DNA of 64,000 nt. Origin: Gemmatimonadales bacterium (GTDB lineage: Bacteria; Gemmatimonadota; Gemmatimonadetes; Gemmatimonadales; GWC2-71-9). Positions 1 to 10,277 of this stretch are shown piece after piece. Made by a program: the position numbers and the translations under genes. The DNA is taken from the NCBI GenBank assembly GCA_035526925.1, contig DATLBL010000100.1:37570-101569 (forward strand). Direction: 5' to 3'. Numbering within the stretch: the first letter of the stretch is position 1; every line of letters starts with the position of its first letter. Under the pieces are notes generated by a model that was not told the DNA's origin, did not search any database, and saw nothing but the letters and a program-made list of their open reading frames with translations.

Positions 1-1361
1 TCCTCCAGCGGCCAGAGCCGCTCCCACGTCCACGCCGTCTGCTCGCTCAGCCACATCGTGAAGTCGCCGTTCGCGCCCCAGGAGCCGGTCGGCATCCGGA
101 TGGCCGTCCGCGAGGGGTGCCGGGTGAGATGCTGCGAGCCGGTGATGGGACGGACCTCGGGCCGGCCCCGGAGCGAGCGGTAGACGGCGCCCAGGAAATC
201 CGGACCCTCGAACCACCAGTGACCGAACAACTCGGTGTCGAACGGCGCCACGATCACGCCGTCGCGGCGCGACGGCTCGGCCGAGACGATGCCGCCCAGC
301 AGACCGGCGAAGTGCCCGGCGTGCCCGCGCGCGCGATCGAGCGCGGCCGCCGGGTCGTACGGCTCCTTCGCGCCCAGGTCGACAGTGGGTCCGCTCACCC
401 GCCACAGCTTGAGTCCACCCGGCCACCGCATCTTGTGGAACTCGAGGTAGACGCCGTCACCCGGATAGCCCTCGAAGCGGCTCCACACCTGCATCGAGGC
501 GCGCGGGTCGCGGACGTAGGCGGAGACGTCTCCCGACCCGCGCGCGTGGGCAACACGATACGCCTGATAGGGTGACCGCAGCCCGGGCAGATCCACGGAC
601 TTGCCCGCAAGCTCGTGGACTTCGGGGTCGAGCGCGGCCGGGTCGCCCGACAGTCCGAGCGGGCGTCCCGCGGAGGCCAGGTGCGAGTCCACGAAGAAGA
701 AGCGAAAGCCCGCGTCGGCGAGATGCTCCTCGATGCCTCGCCGGACGCCGCTCTTCGGCGCCGTGGGCCAGGGCGCCCAGGGGCCGCGCGGGCGGTAGGC
801 GCACTCAGGCAGCCAGCAGCCGACCGGCGCGCGCCCGAAGAGCCGGCGGTGTTCCGCCGTGCCGACCGCGAGCTGGAAACGGATGCTCTCGTCGCGCGCG
901 AGCAGCGGGAGGAATCCGTGGGTGGCCGCCGAGCCGATGATCTCGAGTCGGCCGGACGCCTCGAGCGCGCGGAACGCCCCCACCAGGTTGCCGCCCACCT
1001 CGTGAAAGAGTCCACGCAGACGGCGCAGCCGCTCGCGCCAGAACGCGACGAGCGGCAGGAGGTGGCGCTCGCCCGTCTTGGCGAGCGAGGCGGGCGCCTC
1101 GTCGCAGGCGACGAGACGCTGGGCGAAGAACTCCTCCATCTCGCGGACGAACACCGGACTCGCGAGCTGATTGGCCAGCACGGGAGTGAATCCGATGGTC
1201 ACGGGCGCGGGCGTTTCTTCCGCACTGAGCTGCCGGAAGGTTTCCAGCAGGGGCAGGTACGTGTCGAACGCCGCTTCGCAGATCCAGTCGCTCCCGTGCG
1301 GCCACCGCCCGTGGTTCAGCACATAGGGGAGATGGCTGTGCAGCGTGAACACGAAATCCAT
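1..1361 (-). CDS. GH57-family 1,4-alpha-glucan branching enzyme (C-terminal end runs off the window)
   Basis: Absent from the ORF track because no stop lies in the window. My translation of the minus strand from ATG 1361..1359 gives MDFVFTLHSHLPYVLNHGRWPHGSDWICEAAFDTYLPLL..., an N-terminal signature of glycoside hydrolase family 57 branching enzymes. The frame stays open to position 1 and starts 11 nt after the glgA stop. Confidence 0.8.
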   Translation of the reverse strand, partial: MDFVFTLHSHLPYVLNHGRWPHGSDWICEAAFDTYLPLLETFRQLSAEETPAPVTIGFTPVLANQLASPVFVREMEEFFAQRLVACDEAPASLAKTGERHLLPLVAFWRERLRRLRGLFHEVGGNLVGAFRALEASGRLEIIGSAATHGFLPLLARDESIRFQLAVGTAEHRRLFGRAPVGCWLPECAYRPRGPWAPWPTAPKSGVRRGIEEHLADAGFRFFFVDSHLASAGRPLGLSGDPAALDPEVHELAGKSVDLPGLRSPYQAYRVAHARGSGDVSAYVRDPRASMQVWSRFEGYPGDGVYLEFHKMRWPGGLKLWRVSGPTVDLGAKEPYDPAAALDRARGHAGHFAGLLGGIVSAEPSRRDGVIVAPFDTELFGHWWFEGPDFLGAVYRSLRGRPEVRPITGSQHLTRHPSRTAIRMPTGSWGANGDFTMWLSEQTAWTWERLWPLE

Positions 1362-1372
1362 GCGCCCTCCGC

Positions 1373-2905
1373 TCACCGGGCTTCCGTTCTGGCCAGCGCG
1401 CGGCGATAGACATCCAGGTAGCTGGCGACCGACCGCTCCCAGCTGAAATCGTGGGCCATCCCGCGTCGGAGCATCGCCTGCCATCGGGCGGGGTCGGCAT
1501 AGCAGTCGAGCGCGCGAAAGGCGGTATCGGCGAACGCGTCCGACGTGTAGGGACCGAAGGTGAAGCCGTTCACGCCGTCCTCGACGGTGTCCTTGAGGCC
1601 GCCCACGTTCCGGACGATCGGCGGCGCCCCGTAGCGCTGCGAGCGCATCTGCGTGAGGCCGCACGGCTCGTACAGCGAGGGCATCAGGAAGATGTCGGCG
1701 CCCGCCATCAGCCGGTGCTCGAGGCGATCGCTGAAGTCGAGCTGCACGCCGATCCGATTGGGCGCGGAGAGTGCGAGCTCCACGAGCGCCTGTTCGTAGC
1801 GCTGCTCGCCGCTGCCCAGGAACACGAACTGCGCATCGGCCTCGAGCAGCTCCTGGGCACCGAGGATGAGGTCCAGTCCCTTCTGGGTGACCAGCCGGCC
1901 GGTCATGCCGAACAGCGGCGCCCTTCGCCGCTGCGGCAGTCCGAACGACCGTTGGAGCGCCGCCTTGCACCGGCGTTTGCCGTCCATGTCGTCGGCCGAG
2001 TACCGGGCGGTGATCTGGTCGTCGGTGGCCGGATCCCACTCACGCTGGTCGATGCCGTTGAGGATCCCCACCAGCCGCCCGCCCAGTTCCTGGAAGACGT
2101 CGTGGAGCCCGAAGCCACCGCCCGGTGTCCGGAGCTCGCCCGCCTGCGTGGGGCTCACGGTGGTAACGAAATCCGTGAAGACGAGCCCCCCCTTCAGGAA
2201 ATTTATTTTGCCGTACCACTCGAGCTGGTGCCAGTTGTAGATCTCCCACGGGAGCTCCACGTCGGGCATCGTCTCGGGCGGAAAGTGCCCCTGATACCCC
2301 GGATTGTGCACCGAAAGCACGGTCGTGGCGCCGGCCGGGAAGCGCTGCCCCACCGCGGTGGTGCGAAGGTAGACGGGAACCAGCGCCGTATGCCAGTCGT
2401 GCGCGTGCAGGAGCACGGGGCCGCTGACGAGGCGGGGCAGGGCGGTGAGCGCCGCGAGCGCGAAGAAGGCGAACCGGCGCGCGTTGTCGGGATAGTCCAC
2501 CGCGTTCTCGCCGTAGATCCCGGGCCGATTGAAATATTCCAGGTGCTCGATGAAGAACACCTGGGGGCCGGCACGCTGGGTGACCGGGCGGAAGACGCGC
2601 GCCTCCTCGGTGCGTCCGCCCATGCTGACGAGGAAGGGCGACCCGACCGGCTCCAGGTCGGGCTCCACGTCGCGGACGGTTCGGTAGAGAGGGAGGATCG
2701 CCAGCACGTTGAGTCCGGCCGCGTGCTGAAACGTCGCCAGCCCGTTCACGGCCTCGGCGAGGCCGCCGGTTCGAGCAAACGGAAACAGCTCGGCCGTCAC
2801 GTGCACGACCGAAATGGGCTCGCCGCCCGCGGTCGTCAGCGGCGGGGAGACCTTCGCGGAGGCGCGGGCCGGCTCATGTGCGGTGGCCATCGTACCACTC
2901 CTCAT
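1373..2905 (-). CDS. glgA: glycogen synthase
   Basis: 510-aa ORF with ...ISVVHVTAELFPFARTGGLAEAV... (the KTGGL-type motif region) and a typical GT5 C-terminal half. Its ATG overlaps the upstream phosphorylase stop (ATGA at 2902..2905). Confidence 0.9.
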   Translation of the reverse strand: MRSGTMATAHEPARASAKVSPPLTTAGGEPISVVHVTAELFPFARTGGLAEAVNGLATFQHAAGLNVLAILPLYRTVRDVEPDLEPVGSPFLVSMGGRTEEARVFRPVTQRAGPQVFFIEHLEYFNRPGIYGENAVDYPDNARRFAFFALAALTALPRLVSGPVLLHAHDWHTALVPVYLRTTAVGQRFPAGATTVLSVHNPGYQGHFPPETMPDVELPWEIYNWHQLEWYGKINFLKGGLVFTDFVTTVSPTQAGELRTPGGGFGLHDVFQELGGRLVGILNGIDQREWDPATDDQITARYSADDMDGKRRCKAALQRSFGLPQRRRAPLFGMTGRLVTQKGLDLILGAQELLEADAQFVFLGSGEQRYEQALVELALSAPNRIGVQLDFSDRLEHRLMAGADIFLMPSLYEPCGLTQMRSQRYGAPPIVRNVGGLKDTVEDGVNGFTFGPYTSDAFADTAFRALDCYADPARWQAMLRRGMAHDFSWERSVASYLDVYRRALARTEAR

Positions 2906-5055
2906 GCCGTCGGCGGGTCGTCACCGGACGCCTCGCCGCGGATCGCTGGAGCGTAGTGTTCCTGCACGTAGTCCTGGACCATGCGTCGCGCCGTGAACTT
3001 GGTGCCGGCGAGCCGGAGCGCGTGACGCATCTTCTCGACCCATCCCAGCGGCACCCCGGCGGCGTTGCGCGTGTAGTACAACGGAATGACCTGCTCCTCG
3101 AGCAGCCGGTAGAAGCGATCCGCGTCGGCCGCGTCGGCGTCTTCGCTTTCACCCGCCGGTGAGATGGCCCAGCCGCTCAGCCCATCGTAGCCCTCCTGCC
3201 ACCAGCCGTCGAGCGTGCTGAGCTGCGGAATCCCGTTGAGCGCCGCCTTCATCCCGCTGGTGCCGCTCGCCTCCAGCGGCACGCGCGGAAGGTTGAGCCA
3301 CAGGTCCACGCCCTGGACCAGGAGGTGCGCCAGGTGCATGTCGTAGTCTTCCAGGAACGCCACCCGACCCTCGAACTCGGGGTCGCGGGTGAACTGGTAG
3401 ACGCTCTGGAGCACTTCCTTGCCGGGGTTGTCCGCCGGGTGCGCCTTGCCGGCGAAGATGATCTGCACCGGGCGCCACGGGTCCACGAGCAGCCGCCGCA
3501 GGCGATCGAGATCGCGGAAGATCAGGTTGGCGCGCTTGTACGTGGCGAAGCGCCGCGCAAAGCCGATCGTGAGCGCGGTCGGGTCCAGCAGCGTGCCGGC
3601 GCCGACGACCTGGGCCGCCTCCTTCATCTGCTTCGCGAAACGCCGCCGGGCCTCTTCGCGGACGAAGTTGGCGAGAATCTGCTTGAGGCGGAGATGGGTT
3701 TCCCAGAAGCGCTGATGGTCCAGCGTCAGCACACGATCCCACATCTCGGGGTCGTCGAGGCGGCTGCCCCAGTCAGCGCCGAGATGCTCGTCGAGCAGTC
3801 CCATGACGGGACTCGCCATCCAGGTGGCCAGGTGGATGCCGTTGGTCACATGCCCGATCGGTACCGCTTCCCAGTGACGCCCCGGCCAGAGATCGCGCCA
3901 GATGTTTCGTGACACCTGACCGTGGCGCCGCGACACGCCGTTCACCCCGGCGGAGAGCCGCATGGCGGTGACCGTCATGTGAAATTGCCCCGGCAGGTCG
4001 GGATGCTCGCCGAGCCGGAAGAACGTGTCGCGGTCGATGCCCATCTCGTTCCACACCGGCCCGGCGACGCTTTCGAGCTGCTCGAAGGAGAACGCGTCGT
4101 GCCCCGCGGGCACCGGCGTGTGCGTGGTGAAGATGCTGCGGGCCCGTACCTCATGCACCGCATCCTCGAGCGAGCGCCCGCCGACGAGAGACTCCCGCAG
4201 CCGCTCGATCATCATGAACGCGGCGTGCCCTTCGTTCGCGTGCCACACGCCGGGCTCGATGCCCATCGCGCGCAGCACGCGAACGCCGCCCACGCCCAGA
4301 ATCCACTCCTGCCGGAGCCGCATGTCGGGCCCGCCGGCGTACAGCTTGTTCATGAGGGCGCGGTCGTCGGGGTGGTTCACCTCGAGGTTGGTGTCGAGCA
4401 GATAGAGCGGCACCCGGCCGACGGTGATCCGCCAGGCGCGGACGTGCACCGGCCGCCCCGAGGTCTCGATGATCGTGAGGAACGGCTCCTGCTTGGCTCC
4501 CGTGACCGACACCAGCGGGGTGAGGCTGACGTCGAACTCTTCGTCGCTGTCCTGCTGCCAGCCTTCGAGGTTGAGGCGCTGGTCGAAATAGCCCTTCATG
4601 TAGAAGAGGCCGACGCCGACCATCGGCACGCCCAGATCGCTGGACGCCTTGCAGTGGTCGCCCGCCAGCACGCCCAGGCCGCCCGAATAGATCGGCACCG
4701 AGTTGTGCAGACCGAATTCGGCACAGAAATAGGCGACCGGCCGGCCGTCGATCTCGGGATACCGGTGCGCGAACCAGGTGTCCGTGCTGGTGGTACCGAC
4801 GGCCATCAGCGCCATCACCTCGTCGTAGCGACGGAGAAAGTCGCTGTCGCTGGCGCAGGCGGCGACGCGCGCCGGGTCGACCCGGCAGAGCAGCTCGAGC
4901 GGATTGTGGCGCGTGAGGTGCCAGAGCGCTTCGTCGATCGACCGGAACAGGCCCCGCGCTTCGCGGCTCCAGCTCCACCAGAGATTCATGGCCAGGGCGC
5001 TGAGGCCCTCGATGCGCGCGGGAAGGTAGGGAATCCGACTATGCGGGCTGGTCAT
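2902..5055 (-). CDS. glgP: alpha-glucan (glycogen/maltodextrin) phosphorylase family protein
   Basis: Carries SGTSGMKAALNG (PLP-lysine region) and NLWWSWS near the N-terminus. I place the start at ATG 5055..5053 (MTSPHSRIPYLPARIEGL...) rather than the track start at 5151, because the extra 32 codons lie in a repeat-rich non-coding-looking stretch. Confidence 0.88.
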   Translation of the reverse strand: MTSPHSRIPYLPARIEGLSALAMNLWWSWSREARGLFRSIDEALWHLTRHNPLELLCRVDPARVAACASDSDFLRRYDEVMALMAVGTTSTDTWFAHRYPEIDGRPVAYFCAEFGLHNSVPIYSGGLGVLAGDHCKASSDLGVPMVGVGLFYMKGYFDQRLNLEGWQQDSDEEFDVSLTPLVSVTGAKQEPFLTIIETSGRPVHVRAWRITVGRVPLYLLDTNLEVNHPDDRALMNKLYAGGPDMRLRQEWILGVGGVRVLRAMGIEPGVWHANEGHAAFMMIERLRESLVGGRSLEDAVHEVRARSIFTTHTPVPAGHDAFSFEQLESVAGPVWNEMGIDRDTFFRLGEHPDLPGQFHMTVTAMRLSAGVNGVSRRHGQVSRNIWRDLWPGRHWEAVPIGHVTNGIHLATWMASPVMGLLDEHLGADWGSRLDDPEMWDRVLTLDHQRFWETHLRLKQILANFVREEARRRFAKQMKEAAQVVGAGTLLDPTALTIGFARRFATYKRANLIFRDLDRLRRLLVDPWRPVQIIFAGKAHPADNPGKEVLQSVYQFTRDPEFEGRVAFLEDYDMHLAHLLVQGVDLWLNLPRVPLEASGTSGMKAALNGIPQLSTLDGWWQEGYDGLSGWAISPAGESEDADAADADRFYRLLEEQVIPLYYTRNAAGVPLGWVEKMRHALRLAGTKFTARRMVQDYVQEHYAPAIRGEASGDDPPTA

Positions 5056-5092
5056 CGCCGTAGTATAGCGGAGGGCTCGCGGAGGTGCAGGC

Positions 5093-5146
5093 GGTGAGCG
5101 GTAACAGGTAAGCGGTAACCGGTAAGCGTGAGCGGTAAGCGTGAGC
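5093..5146. repeat. degenerate heptanucleotide tandem repeat (GGTGAGC/GGTAACA/GGTAAGC/GGTAACC/GGTAAGC/GTGAGC/GGTAAGC/GTGAGC)
   Basis: Read directly at 5093..5146. About eight head-to-tail units lie between the ettA stop and the glgP start. Confidence 0.8.
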
Positions 5147-5289
5147 AACACCCAGCCGGCCGTGGCCGGGGGCCCGCGGCGGTGTGAGGGTGATGTCGGA
5201 TCGAGATCGCTGCATCAACGGGGGGCGCTGCGGCCAGCGCGAGGTGGATCGTTGGGCACCCAACACCGCTCACTGCTCACCGCCCACCC

Positions 5290-6966
<1,677 letters not shown>

Positions 6967-6987
6967 AGGGCGGGAAACATAACAGAA

Positions 6988-7011
6988 AGGGCGTCCCAGC
7001 GGGGACGCCCT
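6988..7011 (-). terminator. intrinsic terminator-like hairpin downstream of the SWIB gene
   Basis: AGGGCGTCCC-agcg-GGGACGCCCT forms a 10-bp perfect stem. On the minus-strand RNA it is followed by UUCUGUUAUGUUU. Confidence 0.7.
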
Positions 7012-7036
7012 CCGTTCTGCGTACGCGCGCGAGCGA

Positions 7037-7399
7037 TCAGCTCACGTGCCTGTTCACCAGCTTGGTCATGTCGAACATGGTGACCTGCGACTTGCCTCCG
7101 AAGACGGGACGCAGCTTGTCGTCCGCATTGATGGCCCGACGGTTCTTCGCGTCCTGCAGGCCGTTCCGCTTGATGTACGCCCACAGCTTCTTGGTCAGCT
7201 CGGTCCGCGGCAGCGGGCTGCTGCCCACCACGGCGGAGAGCGCGTTGTCCGGAGTGACCGGCTTCATGAAGGCGGCGCTCGGCGTGCGCTTCTTGCCCGA
7301 GGACTTCTTGGCGGCCTTCTTGGTCGCCTTTTTCGCGGAGGACTTCTTGGCGGATTTCTTGGCGGACTTCTTTGCGGCAGTCTTTTTCTTGGTGGCCAT
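7037..7399 (-). CDS. SWIB/MDM2-domain protein with a lysine/alanine-rich histone-H1-like N-terminal tail
   Basis: This is the 3' part of the 671-aa shadow ORF. From ATG 7399 it reads [83 protein letters not shown]...[12 protein letters not shown], which contains a SWIB core motif ([12 protein letters not shown]). Confidence 0.8.
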   Translation of the reverse strand: MATKKKTAAKKSAKKSAKKSSAKKATKKAAKKSSGKKRTPSAAFMKPVTPDNALSAVVGSSPLPRTELTKKLWAYIKRNGLQDAKNRRAINADDKLRPVFGGKSQVTMFDMTKLVNRHVS

Positions 7400-7493
7400 C
7401 GCGTGTCTCCCAGTGAATGTGAGAACCCTGCGTGCCTCGCGTGCTGCGCAACTACCGTGACAAACAGTAAACAACCGCCGGAGATTTACAATA

Positions 7494-7604
7494 GGGAAAA
7501 GGCCGTTTTCCCTCGGAAAACGGCGGTTTGCGCCGGTTTTTCCCTCGGAACGCCCCATTTTCTCGCCATTTTCCCTCGGAAACGAGGAGATTCTCCCCGG
7601 AAAA
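7494..7604. promoter_or_regulatory. array of four TTTTCCC-N-GGAAA palindromic motifs (candidate operator array) in a divergent intergenic region
   Basis: Copies lie at 7506..7520 (TTTTCCCTCGGAAAA), 7537..7550, 7569..7582 and 7591..7604 (variant TTCTCCCCGGAAAA). An additional GGGAAAA at 7494..7500 pairs with 7506..7512. Centre-to-centre spacing is about 32, 31 and 21 bp. Confidence 0.6.
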
Positions 7605-7717
7605 TCGGCTCGGGGTCGCCCGAGCAGGACGGGCGCCCGGAGGCGCTGGGGTATCTTGCAGGCATGCCCCGTCGGCCCGCGCTCCCATTCCGGATGCTCT
7701 CTCCAGGGTGCCTCCAC

Positions 7718-8965
7718 ATGCGACTTTTTCCGCGCTTTTCGCTCTGCGCTGCAGCCCTGCTGGTCCTCGCGGCCGCGATGCGTGCGCCCGTCATCCGCAC
7801 GCTCCCCGCCGGCCCTTGCGTGCCGGACAACGGCGGCCTGCGCCTGCCGGATGGATTCTGCGCCTCGGTCTTCGCGAGCGACATCGGCGCGGTGCGGCAC
7901 ATCGCGATCGCACCCGACGGCGCGCTCTACGCCGCCGCCAGCGCCGGCTTTCTGCGCGGCGGGGTGACCGTCCTTCGCGACCGTGATGGCGACGGCACGC
8001 CGGACGAGCGCGCGAGCTTCGGGCCGCGTGGCGTGAACGACGTCGCCGTCCACGCGGGGTATCTCTACCTCGCCCTCGAGGATCGCGTCCTCCGCTATCG
8101 ATTGACCGCCGGTCGGCTCGAGCCCGAAGGCGACGCCGAGACGATGGTGTCGCACCTGCCTGCCGAGGGGGATCACGACCAGAAGACCTTGGCCTTCCCG
8201 GGTGAGGACGTGATGCTCGTCAAGATCGGTTCCGCCAGCAACAGCTGTCAGGAGGCCAACCGGCGCGAGCGCTCCCCGGGCCGCGACCCGTGCGTCGAGC
8301 TCCAGCGCCATGCGGGTCTGTGGCGGTTCGCCGCCGGCCGCCCCGGACAGCGGTTCGCGGACGGGCGCCGGTGGGCCACCGGCATGCGGAACGCCGAGGC
8401 CATCACGGTGCAGCCCGGCACCAATGCCGTGTGGGCCGCCGTGCACGGGCGCGATCAGCTCGGTGGCAACTGGGGCTATACCCCCGAGGACAACGCGGAG
8501 AACCCCGCCGAGGAGCTGGTGCAGGTGTCCGAGGGCGACGACATCGGGTGGCCGTACTGCTACCACAGCAACGAGGCCAGGAAGAAAGTGCTTGCGCCCG
8601 AATACGGCGGTGACGGTCGGACCGTCGGCCGGTGCGCCAAGGCGAAGAACGCGGCGGTCGCCTTTCCCGGACACTGGGCACCGATGTCGCTCGCCTTCTA
8701 CCCCGGCGCCCGGTTCGGGGCCGACTACGCGGGCGGGCTGTTCGTGACGTTCCACGGGAGCTGGAATCGCGCGCCGCTCCCGCAGGCCGGATATCGCGTG
8801 GTGTTCGTGCCGTTCATGGACGGGAAGCCATCCGGAGAGTATCGGACCTTCGCGACGCTCGAGGGCGCGCCGTTCCGGGCGGTGGGGCTGGCCGTGGGGA
8901 AGGATGGTGCGCTGTTCGTCTCGGCCGACGACAACCGCACGATCTGGCGGATCGTCAAGCGATGA
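7718..8965 (+). CDS. secreted PQQ-dependent sugar (sorbosone-type) dehydrogenase-like beta-propeller protein
   Basis: Start chosen at ATG 7718, which gives the signal peptide MRLFPRFSLCAAALLVLAAA. The rest resembles soluble glucose/sorbosone dehydrogenase family proteins (GMRNAEAITVQPGT..., WPYCY..., HGSWNR..., FVSADDNRTIWRI). An alternative ATG lies at 7664. Confidence 0.6.
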   Translation: MRLFPRFSLCAAALLVLAAAMRAPVIRTLPAGPCVPDNGGLRLPDGFCASVFASDIGAVRHIAIAPDGALYAAASAGFLRGGVTVLRDRDGDGTPDERASFGPRGVNDVAVHAGYLYLALEDRVLRYRLTAGRLEPEGDAETMVSHLPAEGDHDQKTLAFPGEDVMLVKIGSASNSCQEANRRERSPGRDPCVELQRHAGLWRFAAGRPGQRFADGRRWATGMRNAEAITVQPGTNAVWAAVHGRDQLGGNWGYTPEDNAENPAEELVQVSEGDDIGWPYCYHSNEARKKVLAPEYGGDGRTVGRCAKAKNAAVAFPGHWAPMSLAFYPGARFGADYAGGLFVTFHGSWNRAPLPQAGYRVVFVPFMDGKPSGEYRTFATLEGAPFRAVGLAVGKDGALFVSADDNRTIWRIVKR

Positions 8966-8984
8966 CGGTAGCCGCCGGCGGGAG

Positions 8985-10277
8985 CTACACCGTTGCGAGT
9001 ACCCGTTCGATGGCCCCGAGCTCCGGCTCGATCTCGATCGGCCGATTCGCACCGCGCGGCGGCGGATCGGTGTCGCGATGGTATGTGAGCAGGATGCCCG
9101 GATCCTTGAGGATGTGACCCGTCAGCACCGCGACCGCGTGCTGGTCCGGAGCCATCAGGCCGCGGCGCACGAGCTCCCGGACGCCGGCCACGCTCGCCGC
9201 GCTGGCCGGCTCGCAGCCGACACCCGACGCGTCGACCGCGGCCTTCGCCTCGAGGATGTCGTCGTCGGTGACGGCGAGGACGACCCCTTCCGTTTCGCGG
9301 ATCGAGTGCACGGCACGCGCGAACGACGCGGGATCGCCGATGCGGATCGCGGTGGCCACGGTCTCGGCGCGGACGGCATACCGCGTCTCGAAATCCTCCG
9401 CGAAGCTCCGGGCGAACGGCGCCGCGCCCGCGGCCTGCACCGCCGCGAGTCGCGGCAGCTGCGAGATGAGTCCCCATCGATGCGCTTCGAGCAGCGCCTT
9501 CCCGAATGCGGCGGTATTCCCGAGGTTGCCGGCGGGGAGTACGATCCAGTCCGGCGGCACCCAGCCGAGCTGTTGCAGCATCTCCAGCACGATCGTCTTC
9601 TGTCCCTCGAGCCGGAACGGGTTGATCGAGTTGAGGAGATAGACACCGAGCCGCCGGCTCGCCTCCTCCACCAGCCGCAGACAGTCGTCGAAGTCTCCCC
9701 GTACGAGAAGCGTCCGGGCGCCATAGGCGAGCGACTGCGCCAGCTTGCCCAGCGCGACCTGGTCGGCCGGTACGAGCACCAGTGCGGGAATACCCGCCTG
9801 CGCGGCGTATGCCGCAAGCGAGGCCGAAGTGTTGCCCGTGGACGCGCAGGCCACGGCGGTCGCGCCGATCCGCCGGGCCTGGGTGACGCCGACCGTCATG
9901 CCGCGGTCCTTGAACGAGCCGGTCGGGTTGTGGCCCTCGTGCTTGAGCAGCAGGTGCTGGGCGCCGGTCCAGCGGTCGAGCGCCGTGCGATGCAGGAGCG
10001 GCGTGTTGCCTTCGGGGTGCGAGATCAAATCCTCTGCCGAGGGCAGCACCACCTCGCGGAAGCGCCACACGCCCGACGCCGCGGCGCCATGCCGCCGATC
10101 GTCGCGCTCGGCCCACCTGGCGATCAGGTCCGTGCGTCCGAGCGTGGGCGGCCGATGGCGCACCTCGAGCAGGCCGCCGCACGAGGTGCACCGCGGGTGT
10201 GGGTCGAGCTCGGTCGTTTCCCGCCCGCAGGCGAGGCAGGCCTGCCAGCTCGGTGGGCGCTCCGTCCGGAACCTCAT
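8985..10277 (-). CDS. thrC: threonine synthase
   Basis: 430 aa with an N-terminal Cys-rich segment and a PLP-lysine region (HEGHNPTGSFKDRGM). Its ATG overlaps the thrB stop (ATGA at 10274..10277). Confidence 0.9.
   Translation of the reverse strand: MRFRTERPPSWQACLACGRETTELDPHPRCTSCGGLLEVRHRPPTLGRTDLIARWAERDDRRHGAAASGVWRFREVVLPSAEDLISHPEGNTPLLHRTALDRWTGAQHLLLKHEGHNPTGSFKDRGMTVGVTQARRIGATAVACASTGNTSASLAAYAAQAGIPALVLVPADQVALGKLAQSLAYGARTLLVRGDFDDCLRLVEEASRRLGVYLLNSINPFRLEGQKTIVLEMLQQLGWVPPDWIVLPAGNLGNTAAFGKALLEAHRWGLISQLPRLAAVQAAGAAPFARSFAEDFETRYAVRAETVATAIRIGDPASFARAVHSIRETEGVVLAVTDDDILEAKAAVDASGVGCEPASAASVAGVRELVRRGLMAPDQHAVAVLTGHILKDPGILLTYHRDTDPPPRGANRPIEIEPELGAIERVLATV

Noticed and set aside
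7494-7604. Possible CRISPR array from the regularly spaced repeats
   Set aside because: The repeats are only about 14-15 bp with 16-18 bp spacers, there are four copies, and no cas genes are present. The repeats are palindromic operator-like sites.
7037-9052. 671-aa minus-strand ORF
   Set aside because: It is Arg/Gly/Pro-rich shadow sequence antisense to the dehydrogenase gene. Only its last 363 nt (the SWIB gene from ATG 7399) look genuine.
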